This document shows positions 10,845 through 24,419 of a stretch of DNA of 64,000 nucleotides, one piece after another. Numbering within the stretch: the stretch's first letter is position 1; every line of letters starts with the position of its first letter. The translations under genes and the position numbers were made by a program. Origin of the DNA: Eledone cirrhosa (taxonomy: Eukaryota); NCBI GenBank assembly GCA_964016885.1, contig OZ024743.1, positions 126,294,001-126,358,000 on the forward strand, in the 5' to 3' direction. Under the pieces are notes generated by a model. It saw nothing but the letters and a program-made list of their open reading frames with translations. It did no database searches and had not been told where the DNA came from.

Positions 10845-11560
10845 GTCCACAGGGTATCCCTATTCATGGAGTGAAAAGTTTTGGTGAGGTCAACAAAAAC
10901 CTGGTACAAAGTCAAGCGATGTTCTAATCATTTCTCCTGCAGCTAGCAAGCCAAGATCATGTCCATTGTGCCTTTGCCTGACCTAAAGCCACAATGTCTC
11001 TCCGGAATTATTTGAAGGCAAGTCCACTTAGTAAGCCTATTAAGAAATTTTGCATAAACTTTACCTACTGCTTTGAGAAGGCCTATTCCCCAATAGTTGT
11101 CACACACTGACTCTGACCTCTTTTCCTTGAAGAAAACAATGATCATATCAATCCAATCTTGAGGAACAGTAGTACCCAACCAAATATCAGAAATCAAATG
11201 GTAAATCTCCACAGCTATTCTGTCACCCCCATGAAACAAGACTTCGACAGGAATACCATCAAAACCCAATGCCTTCCCAGTACTGATCTCTTCTACAGTC
11301 TGTTGGATATTTGCCAGAATAGGATGATCTGTCATCTCATGAATTATATCCAATTGAGGCAAGTTACTGCTGATATCTGTGTTAAAATCCAAGGAATTAT
11401 AAAAAAGATCATTAAAATACTTGCTCCAGCATTCCGTTATATTGTCTGAGTCTTTGAAAAGGACAGAGCCTGAGTAGTACCATGGACGCTGATTGTGGGT
11501 CAAATGCTTGATTGATCAGGTGGTACAATGCCTTAGAGTCCTTTCAATCATAGGCACTCT
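10845..11560 (-). mobile_element. RTE/BovB-like LINE RT fragment
   Basis: GKALGFDGIPVEVL, VPQDW, CDNYWGIGLL, IPERHCGFRSGKGTMDMI. Confidence 0.85.
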
Positions 11561-11878
11561 GAATTTGCATTGAAATATCTGACCATCATTTATTTTTCAT
11601 CTGACGGATTCTACACTGGAGCAAAGATGTTACACCCTTGAATGATATATATATATATCATCATCATCATCATCGTTTAACATCCATCTTCCATACTAGC
11701 ATGGGTTGGACGGTTTTGTCCCACTTGAGGCGAGATTGGTTGGGAGACCATGTCTCACTCGTACAGAACTGTTTCTGGCAGGTGTTCTACAGCAGGATGC
11801 CCTTCGTAGAGTGTTGATTTATTCCAGGAAAATTTACTCGTTTTGCTCTCTTGTAAATATGACATTGATAGATTCCTA

Positions 11879-11925
<47 letters not shown>

Positions 11926-12105
11926 ATTGGAAACTCTGCCTCGAAGAATCGAGACGTATCTGAGGATCTTGCGATTTCAAAGTCAGGTTCGATCATTGCA
12001 TCGATCGTGCCTTGAGCTGGTCGCCAGAGAAATGATTGTAATATGTCTAATAAATTTTAATTCGTCACACCACTGATTCTCTGTTTCTTATGTGATATAT
12101 ATATA

Positions 12106-12439
12106 TCATCATCATCATCATCATTTTACGTCCGCTTTTCCCCGCTTGCAAGGGTGGGACGGGAACTGATTCTGGCTTGATTTCTACAGCTGGATGCCCT
12201 TCCTAACACCAACCTCATTTACAGTGAGTGCTGGGTGATTTTTTGCCGTGGCACCTCAACGACCACTTTGCAGTGGAATGATAGGGACCCCAGTCCCTAT
12301 CATCTACAGCTGAGTAAACTGGAGCAATGTGAAATAAAGTGTCTTGCTCAAGGAAACAACACATCACCCGGTCTGAGAATTGAACTCACAACCTTTCGAT
12401 TGCAAGGCCAATGCTCTAACCACTAAGCCATGTGCCTCC
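12106..12439 (-). mobile_element. Full-length tRNA-derived SINE with chimeric RTE tail
   Basis: Reverse complement of 49014-49353; flanked by (TA)n. Confidence 0.9.
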
Positions 12440-12454
12440 ATTAATATATATATA

Positions 12455-12815
12455 TCTCTTGTCTACGATTTCACAGAACTTATGTTCACCGAATTCACGG
12501 ACTAGACTCCTTCTTCCTCCCGTTTGACCTGTGCGGAATTCCTTCCTTACTCACATTTCGACTAGGTTTGATGGTCTTTATTCTCTCTCGTTCACGATTT
12601 CACCGAACTTATATTCATGGAAATCTGGGACTTGACTCTTTCTTCCTCACTTTTCGTTGCTTTACCATCTTTGTTTGTTTACACTCTCGCTCGTTCCCCT
12701 TATTTACGTGTCCCAACGACTTTCTTTAGCCGTTGCTCGCACCAACCGGAGGTATATGGTCTTTAAAGCGATGAAATACCAATGATGGTTGGAAGATCAC
12801 TGATGAAGGACTAAA
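12455..12815 (+). mobile_element. Probable Penelope-like pseudo-LTR fragment with a truncated hammerhead
   Basis: Internal ~55-bp duplication (ACGATTTCAC.GAACTTAT); ends in CTGATGAAGGAC at 12800, like the motif at 32242. Confidence 0.4.
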
Positions 12816-12829
12816 TTTATTCATATATA

Positions 12830-12899
<70 letters not shown>

Positions 12900-12984
12900 A
12901 TTGTCATTTAACAATCCATTTTCCCTGCTTGAAAAGTTTAGATATCCATATGAGTATTCTGCCTAGACCATGCAGGCCATTTAA

Positions 12985-13195
12985 CCCTTTAACATTTGAA
13001 CCAACCAGAATTCTCTCACCTCTTTAAGTTCAAACGGGCTGTAACCGACTGCTCATACTTATCTTATGGTATTCTTCTCAAAATAAATAATATCAAAATC
13101 TCATTGATTTGATATTATGTGAGATAATTATGTGAAATAAAGTGTTTACCATGAAAATACAATAGTAAATATAGAGTAATGTAAATGCTAAAGGG
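12985..13195. mobile_element. piggyBac-like MITE (inverted copy of 19402-19619)
   Basis: TTAA|CCCTTTAACATTT...AAATGCTAAAGGG. Confidence 0.75.
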
Positions 13196-13231
13196 TTTAG
13201 CATTTTAGAACTCCAGAATCAAATATATAAT

Positions 13232-13363
13232 TGTTTCTACTTTAGGCACAAGGCCAGCAATTACCCAGTGCATTACTGGTACTTTATTTTATCGACCCCG
13301 TAAGGATGAAAGGCAAAGTCAACCTCGGCTGGATTTGAACTCAGATCGTAAACGGACGTAACT
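13232..13363 (-). mobile_element. 5'-truncated Nin/Deu SINE
   Basis: Core motif present; AAATATATAAT on both sides as TSD. Confidence 0.8.
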
Positions 13364-13708
13364 AAATATATAATGTTGAACAATAACACAAAACTTAGGT
13401 AGTCATTAATAATTACCTAACTTTGTTCTCTATTTCTTTCATTGTTCAACCTTTCTCTTCTGTTTTACTATTTCTCTCCTTTCTATATTTTTCTCTTTTG
13501 GCTAAGCCCTTGCACACTCTATGTTTGTATAATTTGCCTAAAGGCATAATTTATCTCTACCTGTTTTGTTATGTTACAATGTGCACTGAACTGAAAGGTA
13601 TCAACCTTAATAAACCAAAACCATAGGGATTTCCAGAGTTTGACTGAGGAGATGGAACTGTCCATCTTTCCCTTTTATTTTCTTTGTCCTGTGTGCTCCC
13701 TATTTTGA

Positions 13709-13848
13709 ATATATATATATATATACGTACATGTACACACACATATATACATACACATATATATACATACATATATACATACCCATGCACATATACACAC
13801 GCGTATACATACGTACACATACACATATATATACATACACACATATAT

Positions 13849-13883
<35 letters not shown>

Positions 13884-13966
13884 CACACACACACATATAT
13901 ATACACACACACACACACACATATATATATACACACACGCACATATATATATACACACACACACAC

Positions 13967-13999
<33 letters not shown>

Positions 14000-14052
14000 T
14001 ATATATACACACACACACACATATATATATATACACACACGCACATATATAT

Positions 14053-14088
<36 letters not shown>
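13709..14088. repeat. Compound (TA)n/(CA)n microsatellite
   Basis: Directly visible. Confidence 0.95.
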
Positions 14089-14089
<1 letters not shown>

Positions 14090-15831
14090 GATCCGTCTAA
14101 CACATGCTAGCGTGGAAGAACGGACGTAAAACGGTGATGATGATGATGATATATATAAAGCCCTAAGTATGCCATAATTTGGTCAAGGCACCTTGCTTCC
14201 ACATGGATTAAAGTTTTTGAGAGAAAAGTCAATGAGGCTGAAAAATAATCTTTAGTAAGGAATGAAGAAAAGAATAAAGAAATAGTAACAACAACAGCAA
14301 CCTTGGCAGTATCAGCAGGAATAATAAAGATTACCATAACATTATCAAGATTATTGGAGTTTTTTCTCTGCAATTAGAGGCAGAAATTTGACAGGGAAGT
14401 TAGATTTTCAGGAGGTAGTGAGTGTTAAAACTAACAGCTAAAAGAAAATGGTTGGTGTGGTTACAAGTGATTATTATTGTCAAGAATAGAAAGAGGAAAG
14501 TTGTAAAAACTAGCAAAAGATTTTCCCCTAACGGTGAAATTTATCCTACTAAATTGATTAGCAGTTATTTCTCATACTGCCCCCATCACCACCACTACCA
14601 TTAATAATCACTGAACACACACACTATAAGTAGGTTTAATGAGCTATGGTTTGTCACTAGCTACTAAAATCATTTAAAGTGAACTGATGTATATTTTTAG
14701 ATGTTAATTATCATTAAGGTTATTATATCAACTGACTTGATATAGAATCAGATTATATAGCTAGCACGGAGAATTAACATTGGAGAAAATAAAGAAAAAT
14801 GTAAATGAGTAATCTTTAAACACTTTGAGAGATTCAAGATTAGTGGTTAGTTTGTCTGTGAATAAAACAGAATATAATATCTCAAGGCTGTATTTTGTAG
14901 AGAGAGAGAAAATATATTTTCTATTGCATTTGTTTATTGTAAAGAAGTACATTATTATTATTTATTTATTATTTTTATTTTGGGGGCTGCAATTTTGAGG
15001 GATTTAAAAAATATCTTCGGAGATAGTCAATAATTAAAACATTTAAAAAAAAATAAACATGTTTAATTTGTTGCAAATATAATTTATAGGAACAAATCAA
15101 TAAAAAATGAGACAGGAAGAAAACAGAAAATACATTCACACTCCATCAATCACACACTACAAAAGAAGGTTGGTGTTGTCCACTAAGAATTTATGAGACA
15201 GTCTCCAAAACACTCACAGCATTAACACAGGTGATAGCAAGTCTGATTCACAGGAACAGTCAAACATCCCCATGAGCATCACCTGATACCTAAGTAAAAC
15301 ACTTCAGTAAGATGAGCCACTATCAATGACAAAAACTTTATTGTCAGTGATCGGAGTACCATGTCAGTGATTGTGCTGTCAGTGATCTCCAGTGAAGTAC
15401 CATAGGCTGACAAATATAATTCATTGAAAAATCTCAAGATTGGATTTTTTGGGAGATAGGAAACACATTTTCTATAGCATTTCTTTGCAATAAAGAAATA
15501 CATTTTTTTTTTATTTCATCTTCATTTGATTTTTAAAAATATTTTTTGAGAGAACCAATTAATAAAATTAATTTCTGTCGGCAAATTTAGAGAAAAAGAA
15601 CTGGATGTATTAACAAGGCTGAGTTGTTGCAACCAAACACTCTAATGAACATCACTATATTTCAGTACAACAAGCTGTTACCAATAACTAAAAGATCCAA
15701 GCTGGTGAGCCAGCTGCTCCTGAATATCTCAAGTGCCACGGACTGAAAAATATAACTTGCTGACAAATCACATATTTCAAAGATGTGTTTTTGGAGAAAG
15801 ACAGAAAACAAATTTTGTACAGCATTTGTTT

Positions 15832-15882
<51 letters not shown>

Positions 15883-16012
15883 TCACATCAGGCCTGTCTG
15901 GGAGGTCAGTAGCCCTGCTTCAGTACACTCACGTGTTCTATGTTGATCCTTCTAACCCTCTGAGCGTGGAAAGTGGGTGTTCAATGATGATGATGATATA
16001 TATATATATATA

Positions 16013-17109
16013 AGGTCCTTGTAAGTAGACTAGAAAACAGAACCCAGATCCCCTCAGGGAAATGGCCTTGCTCAGTATGTAGGAAAGGTGTAGGTAGGAA
16101 CTCCATTCTCTGCCCCAAATGCAAACAATGGGTACACAAGAGATGTAGCGGGATCTCAGGAAGCTTAATTAAGAATGTAGGCTTCCCGTGTAGCAGCTGT
16201 GCTGGGACAGCAAGCAGCAAACAGCCACAGGAAACAAGTACCACCAAACTCTGGGAGGGCTCTGTAGAAACAGTAGACAGCTTCTGCTACCTAGGTGACC
16301 GAATTAGCAGTGGAGGTGGGTGTTCAGAAAGTACAATAACTAGGGTAAGAATGGGATGGAAGAAGTTCAGAGAACTACTGCCACTGCTAGCTGCAAAAGG
16401 CTTTCCCTCAAAATGAAAGGCAGACTGTATGATGCGTGTATATGAACAGCAATGTTACATGGTAGTGAGACCTGGGCGCTGAAGGTGGAAGACTTACGTA
16501 GATTAGAGAGAAACGAAGCCTGCATGCTCCAATGGATGTGTAACAGTAATATACGCGAACGACAAAGCATAAATGAATTGAGAGAGGGACTGAGCATAAG
16601 AGGAATCAAATGCTGTGTGCAGGAGAGGAGGTTGCGTTGGTATGGACATGTGATTCGTATGAAGGATGACAGCTGCATAAAAAGGTGCAGAGCATTGGAA
16701 GTCAATGGAAACCACGGAGTGGGGAGACTCAAGAAGACCTGGGATGAGGTGATAAAAGCCGACCTTACCCAATTACACCTCTCAAAGGCGATGACACATG
16801 ACCGTGACCTCTGGCATCACACAGTAATACAGAGTACCCGACCCCCCATGGGTACAAGCTGAAGCATATAGACAATATGCCCCACACCCTCCTACTGTAA
16901 AGTGGACGTGTAGGCGCCACGGCAAAAAGCACCCAGCACTCTCTGTAAATGAGGTTGGTGTAAGGAAGGGCATCCAGCTGTAGAAATCAAGCAGAATCAG
17001 TTCCCGTATGAGCAAGGCATGGTCAGCCGACCAGACACTGCCCACAACAGGACAACCCGTCTAACCCATGCTAGCATGGAAGAACGGACGTAAAATGATG
17101 ATGATGATG

Positions 17110-17110
<1 letters not shown>
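16013..17110 (+). mobile_element. 5'-truncated RTE LINE, subfamily A
   Basis: WPCSVC...WVHKRC, MLHGSETW, ERRLRWYGHV, 3' UTR and (GAT)n tail; (TA)n on both flanks; highly similar to 45211-46375. Confidence 0.92.
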
Positions 17111-17159
<49 letters not shown>

Positions 17160-17354
17160 GTATATATGGGAAAAGAGTCAGGACCCCGATGGCTGAGCTC
17201 TGGCCGTTTTGATAGCTAGATCCGAACTCGGATATATACATACATATATATATAAATGTATATATACACACAAAGATATATATTTCTCTAAATAAATCTT
17301 TCTCTTCTAACCTTTACTTCTTGCCTTTTGTTTTTCCTAGTACTATACCTTTAA

Positions 17355-17406
<52 letters not shown>

Positions 17407-17836
17407 GAGAAAACACAAGAGAATCTGTTTTCAATTACAGCGGGTATAAGGCAACTAAAGTGAAAAACATAAAAACTACGTCGCGCACGTATTTCCCTTC
17501 TCTCTCCACGTGCGACATTCAGTTATCTGACATTTAGTTAGATGTGTAAGACATATCTTCTTTACACCTACTGAAGATCCCTGAGACAATATGATTCTTA
17601 CACTGTTTATGGTGAGTTAATTCATTTTAATTTATATCTTTAATTATAATGTATTTCCCATACCTTTCATAGTTTTTAAGTTTCTCACTTTTGTGGCCTT
17701 ATACCCCCTGTAATTGAAAACACATTCTTTTCTGTTTACTCCTCTCTATATTGTACTTTGAAGAGCCCGGTAATTTTTCTCTTGTGCTCATTAAGTTACA
17801 GGGATATACATGAGTCCTTAACTCCATTGTTCCATT

Positions 17837-17888
<52 letters not shown>

Positions 17889-19401
17889 GCTGCATTGAGT
17901 TTTAAGAAATATATTTTGCTATTGTCAATTAACAAAATGAATTCCTATCAGTAAATTAACAAGTAAAAGATCCAGGGGTTCATATTGTATACTTTATTGC
18001 AATCTTGATAAAAATCTGAAAATTCCTGACAGGTAAAAAAAAAATATTCAGGAAAAAACAAAACAAACAAAAACTAGGTAATTGTATAAAAAGCCATTAT
18101 AAAAATCATATTCTGAAGGCAGGAAAATAAATAAAATAAATACACATAGATTTATCTGATTGCTTGGCTATTGGCTATTATTGATCCAGCTTTCTGTCTG
18201 TTCATCATTTCAATCAACATTCCTTATATCACCAAAACTGTCTCCTTTTTATAGTAGAGTTATGTTCTGTTACTGTACATGACCAATTATTAGAAAATCA
18301 AAGAGTCTTTTCTATACTGAATAATAATTTGATGAGTCAATAGTATTTTACAGACTATTGAAACTTGGCACATGGTATGTCTCTATCCAACATTCTCCTT
18401 ACATTTAGTGTGATTGATGTGTATTTTATATATATAATCATCATCATCATCCATCTCATCATCATTTAAAGTTTGTTTCCCCTGCTGATAAGAGTTGGAT
18501 GGTACTTAATCAGAGACACTGATCTTTCAGGCAAGCCAGGTGCTGTATCTTGCTTACATATGTTCCTGCACTCTATAGGGTTCACTGGCTACATTTTATT
18601 GCAGAACCAACACAAGGGAGGTTCCTATGTGTTTGAAACAACTGAAGACTCTTTTTGACACTTTGTTTGGTCAGTTTTCTATGACAGGATGCCTTTCCTA
18701 TCATCAATAATTTTACAGAGTGTACTGAAAATGCTTTATCATGTCACCAACACTAAATATGTTGCTGTGCTCATGACACAACTGAAGAATCCTTTTTACC
18801 TATTGTTTGGCACTTTCATAATTCAACTTCAATGGAATCCTGATGATTATATAAGATAAAGATTATAAATTGATTAAAGTTTATCTGACCCTGCATGGGT
18901 CAGATAAACTTTTTGAGGTGTTTTTTTGTGTGCCAGAAAGTGCTATAAAACACTGCCTCAAAAGGTTTCATCTGGTCCATGCATTCTAGAAAGAAAAAGT
19001 GGATATAAAACTGATGATGAGTTTAGATTATCGATATAATTAGACCACATTCACCCAATGTACTGTAATGTGGTTGGTGATCAAAAATAGACAATACAAA
19101 AAAGAGAGGACTGATATTAGTGAAAGCCTTCATAGTTATTTGCTTTGTTCTATGTGGAATTCTATATAGAATAGTAATGTTATCAACTAATGAAGTCCTA
19201 TCTAATTATTTTTACATATAATGTATGGAAATGTGTTTTCAATTCCCCATTCTCCATTTAACTCTAACCTTAAGTCCTACACTTAAACTCTAGCCATAAA
19301 CCCAAACCTTAATCTCTACATGCCGTAGTGGAGTTGCAGTTTACTGAATACATACCCTGAACAGAATCAGAGAAATGCTGTATCAAATAAATATCATTTA
19401 A

Positions 19402-19619
19402 CCCTTTAGCATTTACATTACTCTATATTTACTATTATATTTTCACAGTAAAGGCTTTACCTCATAATTATTTCACATATTATCGAATCTATGAGACTTT
19501 AATATTATTTATTTTGAAACAATACCTTGATATCAGTATGAGTGGCTGATTACAGCTGGTTTGAACAGAAAGAGGTGAGAGAATTCTGGTTGGATATGGC
19601 CGGTTTAAATGCTAAAGGG
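19402..19619. mobile_element. piggyBac-like MITE
   Basis: Perfect 14-bp TIR CCCTTTAGCATTTA with TTAA on both sides. Confidence 0.85.
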
Positions 19620-20507
19620 TTAATACAGGTGCAGGTGTGGCCATGTTGATAAGGAGGGTGCTTTGCAACCATGTGGTTCTAGATTCATTCAGGCTTTTTC
19701 TACTTTAGCCTAGGGTAGATCAATACCATGTGAGTGAAATTTGGAAAAATGGATTGTGTGTGTATGTGCCTATGTCTGTGTTATTATTTTTTATCATTAA
19801 CATAGTGGTTCAGTAAATAGGGATCGATAAATATATGTTGGGATCAATATGATTGACAAACCTCTTGAAGTGACACCTCACTATGACAACAGATCAGTTG
19901 AATGTCTGAAATCATTAAAAGATCTGAAACACTTGTTATTGCTATTGATCCTTTGATTTGTATATGAATGAAAAAATAACAACAATAAATTAATATTGAT
20001 TTTACCAAAAAAAAATGTAAAATGTATATCATTTACTCTGAGTGTGTGTATGCACATAAGTGAAAGTGTTTGTGTGTGTTTTCATATACATGTCTATGTG
20101 TTAATTTTTAGTTTTTTTTTAATGATTACATTCATTCTCCATTTATGGTTGCAAATGATGTTTCTATTTATTACATACAAAATAAATAGTGATGACTTTA
20201 TAGAGAAACAGATAAATAGATATGTTTCTTTATTAGCCACAGGGGCACAAAAGAAGGGGACAAATACAAAGGGGGAAGTTTACATACAATAAAAACGTGT
20301 AAAAAATTATCACAAATGCAATTTAAAAAATTAGTCGATACAGATAAATAGATAGATATGTATACATACAAACTGAGAGAGGGGTGGGGGTGGCGAAGAG
20401 ATAGATAGATAGAGAGATGTACAGATGGCCACCTAAAAAGGAAGTTTGCTTCTGCACATGTGCTGCATTCCCAGATTTATAACTAATTTTAGTTCATTAT
20501 AGTTATC

Positions 20508-20591
20508 ACTGCCTGCATTACCAAAACACATTTATTCTTTTAAATATACTGCCTGCATTACCAAAACACATTTATTCTTTTAAATATACTG
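20508..20591. repeat. Perfect 40-bp tandem duplication
   Basis: ACTGCCTGCATTACCAAAACACATTTATTCTTTTAAATAT twice. Confidence 0.95.
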
Positions 20592-21446
20592 TACATACTT
20601 GAATGTAATGAGTAAAAAAATCAATACTAAAATGGGGTTCGGCATATATTCGGGGTTAATTCAATATTTTGACGATTTTCACTAACTTCAATTTCTACAT
20701 AAATGAGGTACTAAAATATCTGGAGTGATTATTTTACAGTGAAACACACTTTTTCTACATTTACTACATCATCGTTGGTGTTATTTATGCATTCCCTTGA
20801 AAATATTTCCAACAAATTTTATATTTGAACTTTTTAATACATAAATATTCCATCCACATACACTCATGCACATGCACACGCACATATACACACATAAACT
20901 CATGCACACACACACACATATGTTTTTCTCTGACAATATTTTTTCTTTTAATCTTACTTTTGATTTTATTTTATTGCTCTCACTTCTCACTCTGTCTTTT
21001 TCTCACTCTATCTCTCCTCACTCATACTTGCTGTCCCTCCCTCCATCTTCTACTCTATGATTCACTATACAAAGTTCACTTATTCAATCTTTTGCTTTCC
21101 AAGTACTCCTAATATGCGAGTGGCCGGAAGTGAATACGAATTTGAGAAACTTGTCAAAACTTACCATAATGGAAACTCATTTCATAATGGAGTTGTGAAA
21201 CAAAAACTACACTCTAAACAACACTTAAAACACTTTAAACATTGAAATATTAAAACTTCATAAATATCTTTTATACTCATGAGAATTTCAAAACCACACC
21301 ATCTAAACATGATGTGCTGATTAGTTGCCTCGGCTTATAAACGGGGTTTGGATTTTGTAAAATGGTGGGGTGGGTGTGGGTGTGGGTGAGATGGGGGGGG
21401 GGGGGGGGCAGTTTATATTCAGATCGGTTTATATTTGAGTAAATAG

Positions 21447-21450
<4 letters not shown>
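20588..21450. mobile_element. Degenerate pogo/Tigger-like non-autonomous element
   Basis: Termini TACTGTACATACTTGAATGTAA ... TTATATTTGAGTAAATAGGGTA. Confidence 0.4.
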
Positions 21451-21517
<67 letters not shown>

Positions 21518-22080
21518 TTGAATTTCGTATTTCTAAAGAAATACGGTATGTTTATAAATAAACATTTAAAAAGCCATAATTATGAATAACACACTAGCAG
21601 CTAATGCTGTATACAGCTATGTTCAAAGCTAAATCCTAATTCTATATATATGCATATATACACATATAAAATTCAAGGTCAAAAAAGAAGAGAAACACAG
21701 AGAACAATTAAGCAATATATTATTAGTTTAATGCTTAGGGGCAAAGGAAAAAGAATGTCTCAATATATTGGACAATAGTACTTTATCAGGAGAGAGAGGA
21801 GGTTGAAAGAGAAAACAGGGAGGAAAAGGAGGGAAAAAAAGGAAAAAAGGAGGTTGTTTATCAGGATGGATGATGTGGACAGAGCTGTAGTCCTGCATGT
21901 GGGTGGATGTACAGTAATGATGGTGAAGTGTAATGTGGTTAACATTAGGAAGAGCATCCAGCTTTAGAAACCAAACAAAAATACAGATCCATATGAGCAA
22001 GATGGGAGTTACCTGACCTGATTTGTCTCATAAGGTGACAACTTGTCCAACCCATGCAAGTGTAGAAAAATAGACATTAA

Positions 22081-22123
<43 letters not shown>

Positions 22124-22625
22124 CATGCATACTATACATACATACACACACAACATCTATTTCTGTAAATACAGAGATTTACTTATGAACATTTGAAGGC
22201 AAGTAGACCAGTGACATGGCATGCTAAGATAGAATTGATTTTCTAGCATAAGCAATATCAGCGTTTGTATTTTGCAGTGAAGATATTTGCTTGGTGGCTC
22301 AGTGTTGAAAGAAAACAAAATTGCAGGTCAGCTAGAGATGTGCAGATGAAACAATATAGTCAGTTGTAATTTGTATGTAAAGTTCCTGTGGGACAAAAAC
22401 ATATAGAAATATTCTGCTTCAGTAAATGAAGTACAACAATAACATTGAAGCTAGCACACCACCACTACCTCCATCCCCTACTACAACCACAACTATCACC
22501 ATTCAGAATTAAGACCAAAAGAACTGTAAGTATTAAATTGTTCATGATTGCTTCAATGGCTTGTGAAGTGTTGTTTATTCAGAAGATAAAATATGATATA
22601 ACAGACAATGATATATATACTGTTT

Positions 22626-23278
22626 CATCATCATTATCATCATCATCACCATTTTACATCCATTCTTCCAAGCTAGCATGGATTAAATGGGTTGTCCTGT
22701 TGTGGGCAATGCCATGTCAGGTGACCATGTCTTGCTCATACGGGAACAGATTTTGGCTTGATTTCTACAGCTGGATGCCCTTCCTAACACCAACCTCATT
22801 TACAGTGAGTACTGGGTGCTTTTTTTTCGGTGGCCGGTTACACGACCACTTTACAGTGTGGACTGGGTGCTTTTTTGTTGTGGCGTCTTCACGACAACAT
22901 TACAATGGGAAAGGGGGCGGCGGCATACTATTTATATGCTCCAGTTTTGGCTTGTACCCGTGGGAAGTCAGGTCTTCTGTATTATTGCATAATGTTAGCG
23001 ATCTCAGTCCTGTGTCATCACCTTTGAGAGGTGCAATTGGGCAAAATCAGCTTTTATCACCTCACCCCAGGTCTTCTTGGGTCTCCCCACACTAAGGCTT
23101 CCATCGACATTTAGCGCTCTGTACTTTTTTATGCAGCTGTCATCCTTCATATGCATCACATGTCCATACCAACATAATCTCCTCTCCTGCACACAGAATT
23201 AGATGCCTCTTATGCCTAGTCTCTCTCTCAATTCATTTATGCTTTTCCGTTCACGTATATTACTATTACACATCCATA
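22626..23278 (-). mobile_element. RTE LINE 3' fragment (subfamily A-like)
   Basis: QERRLCWYGHV...GRPKKTW plus the same 3' UTR. Confidence 0.9.
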
Positions 23279-23935
23279 TCACTTATATTACTATTACGCA
23301 TACATATTATATGTATATAGGTGTATGCATATGTATATGTATGTACATATGTATATTGAATGTATATGCGTATATATGTATACATTTGTGTGTGCACATG
23401 CAAATGCATGTGTGCATACATGTGTACATGCACATATGTACAAGTGTATATATGAATACATGTGTGTATAATTTTCATACACTATATCACTTTTTATCCA
23501 TGCATCCACACCAGCCAGCGCATACTTTTGTATGAGCCTTAATCTGAACACATTTTCCATATATGGTAGCTGGAAATTATTCATCTATTCTAAACAGAAT
23601 ATTAAGCAAGAGTATTTTTACCCAATCAAAAATTTGTTCTTCTCGCTCCACATAATGACATAATTATCCTTGCATACATTTTGCCAATCTCAAGAGAACA
23701 TGTTCACACACTACCGTTATGTCTTCCTGTTTTCTAAAGGTAATAATTTGTCATAATGTTTTTGAAATATTTACTTCTGCATCTACAGATAGATTTTTCT
23801 CAGTTTCAGATGATCCGGCTTAAGGTGAAAGCAGAAATCTATTGCTTAAACTTTTACTCTATGGCTTTATCTATACTTATACATAAACAACCCTTATCAA
23901 GTCTTCTTTGGATTTTGGTTTTTGTATTTATTATT

Positions 23936-23992
<57 letters not shown>

Positions 23993-24419
23993 ATGTGTGT
24001 ATGCTGTGAGTTTATAAGTCAATGGATCCTACATCTATTTCAACAATGAATATTCTAGTTGTTCTATGAATGGAACAACCTGCTTATGAAATTAATGTGT
24101 AACTAGCTAAACATTCCGCAGAAACATGTACTCTTAAAATAATTTTCAAAGAGATTCAGCATGATACAGTGCATGACAAGGTTGGCTTTTGAATTACTGG
24201 TAGAGTCAATTTGATGTGTTTCCATGCAATTTCTGATACCTGGTTCCAATCACAAGGTTTTGACTGGTTTAATCTTTTCATTACTATATGTCTAATGAAA
24301 TACACTGTATCTGAATTATTTAATGAAAATTTTGAAGGGATTTACTATAATTAGTAATTATTTCTATATTAGATTACACTCATAACATAACTTAATAGAA
24401 AGATTTAATATCAAATAAT

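Noticed and set aside
13569-14103. Cys/Val/Tyr/Ile and His/Thr ORFs (also 48693-49089 and 63681-63880)
   Set aside because: Dinucleotide microsatellite translations.
17475-17620. Three small hairpins followed by CTGAAGA and a GTGAGT donor
   Set aside because: Suggestive of a PLE terminal repeat, but no stem II-GAAA, so not called a ribozyme.
19862-19905. Possible 44-bp minus-strand exon (IQLICCHSEVSLQE)
   Set aside because: Weak donor (GTTTGT), short, and no independent support; could be revisited with RNA-seq.
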